Shown: one piece after another, positions 56,537-64,000 of the stretch
How the letters are laid out: the number at the start of each line of letters is the position of its first letter
How positions within the stretch are numbered: position 1 is the first letter of the stretch
Assembly (NCBI GenBank): GCA_029266615.1
Contig: JAQSWN010000010.1
Coordinates: 1,472-65,471, forward strand
Source of the DNA: Polyangiaceae bacterium
Lineage (GTDB): Bacteria; Myxococcota_A; Polyangia; Polyangiales; Polyangiaceae
DNA: 64,000 nucleotides
Direction: 5' to 3'
Made by a program: the position numbers and the translations under genes
Notes under the pieces: model-generated
Seen by the model: the letters and a program-made list of their open reading frames with translations, nothing else
The model's database searches: none
Told to the model about the DNA's origin: nothing

Positions 56537-57772
56537 TCACTTCATCAAGCTATTTTGCTCGGCCTGTACGCGGTTGTCCGAGCAAAACTTGCAGCCGGAG
56601 CCATAGAAGTAGTTGCGATTGGCGGTGTCGTTCATCAGATGAACGCGGAACCATGCCGCCGCGGCTGAGAGAGAGACGCCGCTCGCGCCCTGGTACACCC
56701 AGCTGCCGTGGTCGGCGTTCAGCTCGTTCATGAAGAAGGCGGGGTGTTCGGTGACCGACTGAAAGACAGTCTTTACCCCTGAGCACTGGACCGTCGTGTC
56801 TTTCCCCCCGCAGAAAAACAGCATGGGCGTGTGAACGCCGCTGAGGGCTCTCGTGCCGCAGACGGTGGCGAGCGCCTTGTAGCGCGGCTCGGACGCGGAG
56901 AGGCACGTGGACATGCCTCCGTACGAGTGGCCAAGCTGGCCGACGTTGACCGTGTCGAGCCGGTGGTAATACGGGCTGGTCGAATCCTCGGCCTGCGCGA
57001 AGATCCAATCCAGGCCGGCAATCGTTGGGAGCGGATCGCCTTCCGCCGTGGCGGTGCTTAGCGGGGCGACCACCACGAACCCGTGCGAGGCGAGGTGTTT
57101 CACCATCGGACCGTACTGCCCGCACCAACGCCCAGCATTCGCATCCACTACGCAGTCAGGGGGATTCTGTTCTGGGTTGTCGCGGTACCCGTTCGCCCAG
57201 ATCAAGATCGGGTGACAGTAGCCGCTGTCCGCGAGGTTGCTGGGACGGTAAACGTTGAAGCGTTGCCGGTCGCTACCATAAACCGGATCGGGTACGACGC
57301 CGGCAAGCGGTCCAACGTTCTTGTCGGTGGTCACTTGGAAGGGTCCAGCCTTCGTGGGGTCCGCCGTAGGCCACGTCTTGCCGACGCAGCTGCCCACCGC
57401 TCCACCCCCGCCCGCGCCCGCGCCGCCGCTCGACGCTCCACCACCGCCCGACACTCCACCGGTTTGAGCGCCGCCGTTCGCCGCGCCGGTGCCGGCGGTC
57501 GCCGCACCCGCTGTGCCAGCGGTCGACGAGTCACCGCCGACGGCGCTCGTGCCGCCACCGGAGGCGGCAGCAGCGCCGCTCATCCCTGCGCCTCCGGGCG
57601 ATGCACTCGAGGCACCGCCGCCCGATGTCCCTCCCGATGCTCCGCCCGTAGCTGTTCCCTGACCTCCCGTGATCGCGGGCGTACCTGCGGACGCGGGAAC
57701 GCCGTCCCCGGAAGAGCTTTCGCAAGAGACCGTGGACCAAATGAGCCCGAGCAGCAGTACTGAATGCCTCAT
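56537..57772 (-). CDS. Alpha/beta hydrolase lipoprotein (chlorophyllase/cutinase-like)
   Basis: HLASHGFVV and GHSYGG nucleophile elbow. GGKD and ADH supply candidate Asp/His. Lipobox TVSC. Confidence 0.85.
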   Translation of the reverse strand: MRHSVLLLGLIWSTVSCESSSGDGVPASAGTPAITGGQGTATGGASGGTSGGGASSASPGGAGMSGAAAASGGGTSAVGGDSSTAGTAGAATAGTGAANGGAQTGGVSGGGGASSGGAGAGGGGAVGSCVGKTWPTADPTKAGPFQVTTDKNVGPLAGVVPDPVYGSDRQRFNVYRPSNLADSGYCHPILIWANGYRDNPEQNPPDCVVDANAGRWCGQYGPMVKHLASHGFVVVAPLSTATAEGDPLPTIAGLDWIFAQAEDSTSPYYHRLDTVNVGQLGHSYGGMSTCLSASEPRYKALATVCGTRALSGVHTPMLFFCGGKDTTVQCSGVKTVFQSVTEHPAFFMNELNADHGSWVYQGASGVSLSAAAAWFRVHLMNDTANRNYFYGSGCKFCSDNRVQAEQNSLMK

Positions 57773-58162
57773 TGAGATGCCCTTCATTCCTTGGGGGCAA
57801 GCGCGTCACTCTCGCATGCTCCGTCCGCTTGGAAGGAACGCGAGAAGCGACGGCCTGCAGCGGTGAGCGGACGAGTAGTCATACAACCAGCGGCCGTCGC
57901 TCCCCATGAGTGGCATCCGCATAATTATGGATATTCCGACCACCGCTGAGCCCGCCCGCGTCGACCCAGTAAAAGTACACTGACGCCTGACGTGAAGTTG
58001 TCCCTTACGATCGTGAGCGTGAGCCACGTGCGGCGACAGCGATCGAATCGGGCTCGGGATCCGGGCCGTCAGGGGCGCGCAACTTGCACGGGTCCGCGCG
58101 TGCCTCACTCGGACTGCCACGAACACGAGCGTTGTTCGGCGATTTTTGAGGGTGCGTGCCGC

Positions 58163-58201
58163 CGAGGTGCACGACTTGTGCTGCACGAATCGTGCACCTC
58201 G
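58163..58201. promoter_or_regulatory. Inverted repeat containing tandem TGCAC-N5-GTGC(A/T) sites, candidate activator binding region
   Basis: CGAGGTGCACGA-N15-TCGTGCACCTCG, about 100 bp upstream of the protease gene and between divergent genes. Confidence 0.4.
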
Positions 58202-58303
58202 AGAACGAGTTGCGCAAACTAGGCGAGTTGCTTCGTCACCACCGGAACCAGTTGCAGGCTAGGGTGGGTCAATCCGTTCGGCTTTAGGAAGGACGTATAG
58301 TTG

Positions 58304-59818
58304 ATGCGAAAATGGGGTCTGCTTCTCGCGGCGGCGTGTGGTTCCTGCTTCCTCTCGGCTTGCTCGGCGGGCATAGAAGAGGGCGACGCAGGGTCAGCTT
58401 CCGAAGCCATCGTTCGAGCCAAGCAAAACGGCGGCCCGGACCAGGTCGTCATGCTGCTGTCGACGGTGTTGAACGGTCAGACCGGCGAACTGTTTCAGCG
58501 GACGTGCTCGGGCGTCTACTACTCATCGCGCGTCGTCGCCACTGCCGCTCACTGCTTGGACGCGGACCCCGCGCGAGCGGAATCCGTGGTGCAGGTGCTG
58601 GTTTACTATGGCAACGACTTCGCAGCGGACTTCGCGCAGCTTCCACCCATCGGCGCGGGGCACGCGGTGCCTTCGCCGGGCCAGCCGTCGACCTTCGCGG
58701 CGGCGGACTCGTTTCAGACCCACCCGGACTGGGATCGCACGCGGATTTATCCCGACATCGGCGTGGTCTATCTCGACCGCAACTTGCCGTTCGAGCCGCT
58801 CCCGCTTGCCCGCTTCCGCTTGAGCTCGCCCCAGTGGGATCGCCGCGAAGCGACCATCAGCGGCTGGGGCGCGAACGAAGCCACGACCCCCACCACGGGC
58901 GGTGGCGCGCGCGTGCAGCGCACGGGCAAGACGCGGCTCTTGGGTTCGCCCACTCCGGCCGACTACCACCCCGAGGACCCGAACCCCGGCATTCTCGAAC
59001 CGGCGGTTCGCCAGAACGTGCTCAAAATCGATGGCCGACCGCCATTTTCGAATGCGTGCTTCGGTGACTCCGGCGGTCCCCTCCTCGTCAAGGAGCGCGG
59101 GCGCGACCACATCGCGGGCATCGAGTACTTCGGCGGGCTGTCTTGCGAGGGGTACAGTCTCTACACGCGGGTCGAACCGTTCTTACCCTTCTTCGACGAA
59201 GCTGTCCGCCGTGCCGGTCGCGCGCCGCTGCAGCCGACGCTCGAGTGCGTCGCCGAGAACCAGGACGGGTCGTTGACGGCGTTTTTCGGCTACGACAACC
59301 AAAACGGCGTCAGCGTGAGCGTGCCGTATGGCAGCGACAATTATCTGCCGCAAGACGTGAACGGCTTCCGCCCCGAGCTCTTTCGGTCGGGCGACCACGA
59401 CTTCGTTTTCGGCGTCGACTTCAACCCCGGCCAGCGGCTCGTCTACAAGCTTGCCCCGTCGTGCGGAGCCAGCGCGAAGCTCGTCGTGACAGACACGTCG
59501 CCGCGCTGCGGTGAGGAGGTCGCGCGGCAAGCCACCTGCGGCCAATCCTGTCGCGGGCAGCTACTGTCCGGCTGCACGGGGCTGCCGGGCTACGAAGCGT
59601 GCATCGACGGTTGCACCGGCTTCTACGAAATCTTCGCGGACGCGGCACAGTGCGCGTCGCACATCGACGATTGGAACCGCTGCTTGGCGAACACCCCGCC
59701 CGGACCAGAGTGGATGTGCTTCGAAGAGAGCAGCCCTGGCGCCGCAGACGGCGTGGCAGACGTGGCCGAGTGCACGCCATTCATCGACGCGTTCTTCGAG
59801 TGCGCGTTCGGCGGCTGA
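58304..59818 (+). CDS. Trypsin-like (S1) serine protease lipoprotein with C-terminal accessory domains
   Basis: Catalytic triad motifs TAAHC, DIG and GDSGGP, with lipobox LSAC. Confidence 0.93.
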   Translation: MRKWGLLLAAACGSCFLSACSAGIEEGDAGSASEAIVRAKQNGGPDQVVMLLSTVLNGQTGELFQRTCSGVYYSSRVVATAAHCLDADPARAESVVQVLVYYGNDFAADFAQLPPIGAGHAVPSPGQPSTFAAADSFQTHPDWDRTRIYPDIGVVYLDRNLPFEPLPLARFRLSSPQWDRREATISGWGANEATTPTTGGGARVQRTGKTRLLGSPTPADYHPEDPNPGILEPAVRQNVLKIDGRPPFSNACFGDSGGPLLVKERGRDHIAGIEYFGGLSCEGYSLYTRVEPFLPFFDEAVRRAGRAPLQPTLECVAENQDGSLTAFFGYDNQNGVSVSVPYGSDNYLPQDVNGFRPELFRSGDHDFVFGVDFNPGQRLVYKLAPSCGASAKLVVTDTSPRCGEEVARQATCGQSCRGQLLSGCTGLPGYEACIDGCTGFYEIFADAAQCASHIDDWNRCLANTPPGPEWMCFEESSPGAADGVADVAECTPFIDAFFECAFGG

Positions 59819-59862
59819 GCCAGTAGTCCACGACGCACCCAGTTACGCCTTGTAGGCAAGAA

Positions 59863-59899
59863 CAAGAGCCGCACCGGTGAACACCCAGTGCGGCTCTTG
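59863..59899. terminator. Bidirectional hairpin terminator between convergent genes
   Basis: 12-bp stem CAAGAGCCGCAC...GTGCGGCTCTTG. Confidence 0.7.
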
Positions 59900-59915
59900 C
59901 TTGAGCTAACTACGC

Positions 59916-60509
59916 TCAGGTCAAGTTCGAGCAGCTCAAGGTCGCGTCCGACTTGAGCACGCCCACGACCGACTCACCGACGGCTTCGTCGGTCACGCTC
60001 GAGGTGCGGAAGATCTGCTTGAAGTTCGTGCGCAGCTTCTTGCCGACCGCTTGCGAGTTCTTGCAACCGGCGAGCTCGGTCAAGCTCGTCAGCGTCTCGC
60101 CCTTACCGCGCGAGATGTCTTTGGCCAGCGCGACGCGGTTAGCGGTGACGAAGTTCTTGGCGCTCTGCTTTTTCGGGCCGGTGTCGCAGTTGCTGGTGCC
60201 GGAGGTGATGCCGAAGGTCTGGTTACCAGACGTGCCGTTCGTGGTGGCCGCGAAGATCTGCGTCCAACCCGAGTCGGCGTCGAAGATCAACGAGCCCAAA
60301 CCGCAACCGGCCGGACCGTACTTCGCAGCGCCACCGCTCTCGTTGCCTTTGACGCCAGCCGCCTCGGCGGCAGGTTGCGTCTCGTCTTTCACGGCCTCGT
60401 GCGCGTCTTCGACCGCGCCTTCCGCCTTCGCGCCCGCGGGCTCCTCAGCGAACGCGTTGGCAGCGCCGAGCAACAAGCCAAGAGTCAAAACCAAGTTCCA
60501 CTTACGCAT
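59916..60509 (-). CDS. DUF3015 family exported protein
   Basis: AAGGAGG RBS, signal peptide, YGPAGCGLGS, TTNGTSGNQTFGITSGTSNC and DISRGKGETL. Confidence 0.9.
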   Translation of the reverse strand: MRKWNLVLTLGLLLGAANAFAEEPAGAKAEGAVEDAHEAVKDETQPAAEAAGVKGNESGGAAKYGPAGCGLGSLIFDADSGWTQIFAATTNGTSGNQTFGITSGTSNCDTGPKKQSAKNFVTANRVALAKDISRGKGETLTSLTELAGCKNSQAVGKKLRTNFKQIFRTSSVTDEAVGESVVGVLKSDATLSCSNLT

Positions 60510-60725
60510 GTAGCGAATCCTCCTTGGGGAATTTCCCCCCCATTGCGGTATTCGGCGTAGCGCCCGGCGTCAAACACGACTTCGAGTCACTTCGCGGGGT
60601 AGCCGTCGTTTTGACAGGCGGCTCCGTCAGCTCTGACAATTCCGGCCCAGGAGGCCGCCGGGCGTGCAAAGGCGTTGACGGACTCGCCAACCTGTACGTA
60701 TTGGCAGGCACGGAAGCGGCGTTCG

Positions 60726-62675
<1,950 letters not shown>

Positions 62676-63016
62676 CGCCGCTTCATGCAGGTGCCGGAAC
62701 GGGGAGGGCCAACACTCGGGAGATGAGGGGGGCTTCACGCCACGTTCGAAATCAGCTCGCGAGGCACCGCAGGTATTCGGTGAAGTTCACCGGTGAAAAC
62801 CCCGCGAGGGTGTCACGGTGGAGATGGATTCTTGGTGCATCAATGGACAGGCCTCACGGCCAGCGTTCCGATTGTGAGTTTGTGCGTAATCTGGGAGTGC
62901 GACCGCCCCTTGTCCTGCTGCGCGCTCCGCGGAGCGCGCAGCGCCACTCGATGGTTCGGGTGGCTGCCATAACCAACGAGCTCGCGCTGCGATGTACGCG
63001 CGAGGAAAGGCACGAC

Positions 63017-64000
63017 ATGAAGTGGTTTCGTCTCATGACGCTGATGATGCTTGCGGGGGCAATGGGGTGTGGCGCGGCGGACGGGGACGAAGAGGGAGAG
63101 GGATTTGGCAGCGATCAGCAGGCTTTGACGGTACGCGTCGAGGCGGAGGCTCAGACGTGGAGCACCTCGGGGGGTGACACCGTTTCGCCCTCCACGACGG
63201 TTCGGATGAACGCGAACGCAGCCGGTGATTACTTCCGTTTCAGCTCGCCCATCAACGCCGGCACGTATCAGGTAGCGCTGCGCTATTCGCAACGAAGCAC
63301 GTACGGTGACTACCGCGTGGACGTGAACGGCGTGCCGGTGGCAACGCTGAGCGGCTATGGCCCGACCACGGGCGACACGTGGCGCACGGTTTCGCTCGGC
63401 ACCTTGAATCTGAGTGGCAACGTCGAGTTCAAATTCACGGTCACGGGCAAGAGCGCCTCGTCCACGGACCACGATTTCAAGATCGACTACATCGAGCTCA
63501 GCAGTGTGGTGGACGGTGGTACGGGCGGTTCCGGTGGCACGGGCGGCAGCACGGCGGGCGGTGCGGCGGGCTCCTCGAGCGCCGGCGCTCCGGGAGCCAC
63601 GGGCGCGTATCCCTGCGATGGGACGACCAGCGGCTACACGACCGTGATGGCAAAGTCGGGCAGCACCTGGACGGTGAGCCGCGGCTCGACGCGTGTGCAC
63701 AGCGGCAACGACATGCGGACCGCGCTCGTCGCTGCTTACGGCAGCCTTTCGCCCGGGCGCACGTCCAAGCAGAGCATCTTGGTGCAAGGGTCAGGAGACA
63801 TCGGCGCGGATCAGCAGGTCTCGATTCCGAGCTACACGGTGCTGAACGTGTGCGGAACCGTCAACGTGAGCGGCTCCCCTTCCGGTTCGGACCGGTCTCC
63901 GTTTTATGGGCGAAACGCGCGTGAGATCGAGATCCCGAACTTGAAGATGACGGGCTCGCCCCAGTACGGGATTTTCATGCGCTCGACCGATAACGTCAAG
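63017..64000 (+). CDS. 3'-partial lipoprotein with a CBM6/CBM35-like domain and a right-handed beta-helix (pectate-lyase-like) domain
   Basis: GAGGAAAGG RBS, lipobox AMGC, VEAE...IDYIEL CBM, Gly linker and LSPGRTSKQSILVQGSG...PSYTVLNVCGT. The ORF is open to the window end and is not in the ORF track. Confidence 0.85.
   Translation, partial: MKWFRLMTLMMLAGAMGCGAADGDEEGEGFGSDQQALTVRVEAEAQTWSTSGGDTVSPSTTVRMNANAAGDYFRFSSPINAGTYQVALRYSQRSTYGDYRVDVNGVPVATLSGYGPTTGDTWRTVSLGTLNLSGNVEFKFTVTGKSASSTDHDFKIDYIELSSVVDGGTGGSGGTGGSTAGGAAGSSSAGAPGATGAYPCDGTTSGYTTVMAKSGSTWTVSRGSTRVHSGNDMRTALVAAYGSLSPGRTSKQSILVQGSGDIGADQQVSIPSYTVLNVCGTVNVSGSPSGSDRSPFYGRNAREIEIPNLKMTGSPQYGIFMRSTDNVK

Overview
GC-rich (roughly two-thirds G+C by eye) accessory region of a myxobacterium. 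A Polyangiaceae/Sorangiineae-like origin is inferred from a MYXO-CTERM protein, Ser/Thr kinase-TPR/PEGA operons and many Gly/Ser-linker lipoproteins. No rRNA, tRNA, CRISPR array or intact mobile element was seen. Left to right: three tandem FGE-sulfatase/C-type-lectin-fold lipoprotein genes behind a translationally coupled secreted-type protein; an IS66 left-end relic; a small regulator plus secreted-protein cluster; a four-helix-bundle relic; a kinase-TPR/PEGA-TSP1 lipoprotein operon; a partly decayed osmotic/general-stress island (EF-hand, OmpA, YihY, MscS, MarR, OtsA-OtsB fragment, TerB-like, AI-2E) with five sigma54-type promoters and two copies of a candidate MarR operator; GNA-mini-hairpin palindromic repeats; a DUF1566 protein; a second TPR/PEGA-lipoprotein pair; a GH43-like MYXO-CTERM enzyme; an ECF sigma/DUF2892 pair facing a carotenoid desaturase-family gene; a polysaccharide cluster (orphan sugar SBP, kinase, two GH5, AraC); LysM-YcbK; two Cys/Ca-loop repeat lipoproteins; a cutinase-like hydrolase; a trypsin; a DUF3015/DUF4105 pair; and a partial CBM plus beta-helix enzyme. 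All family calls come from motif recognition by eye, not from database searches.
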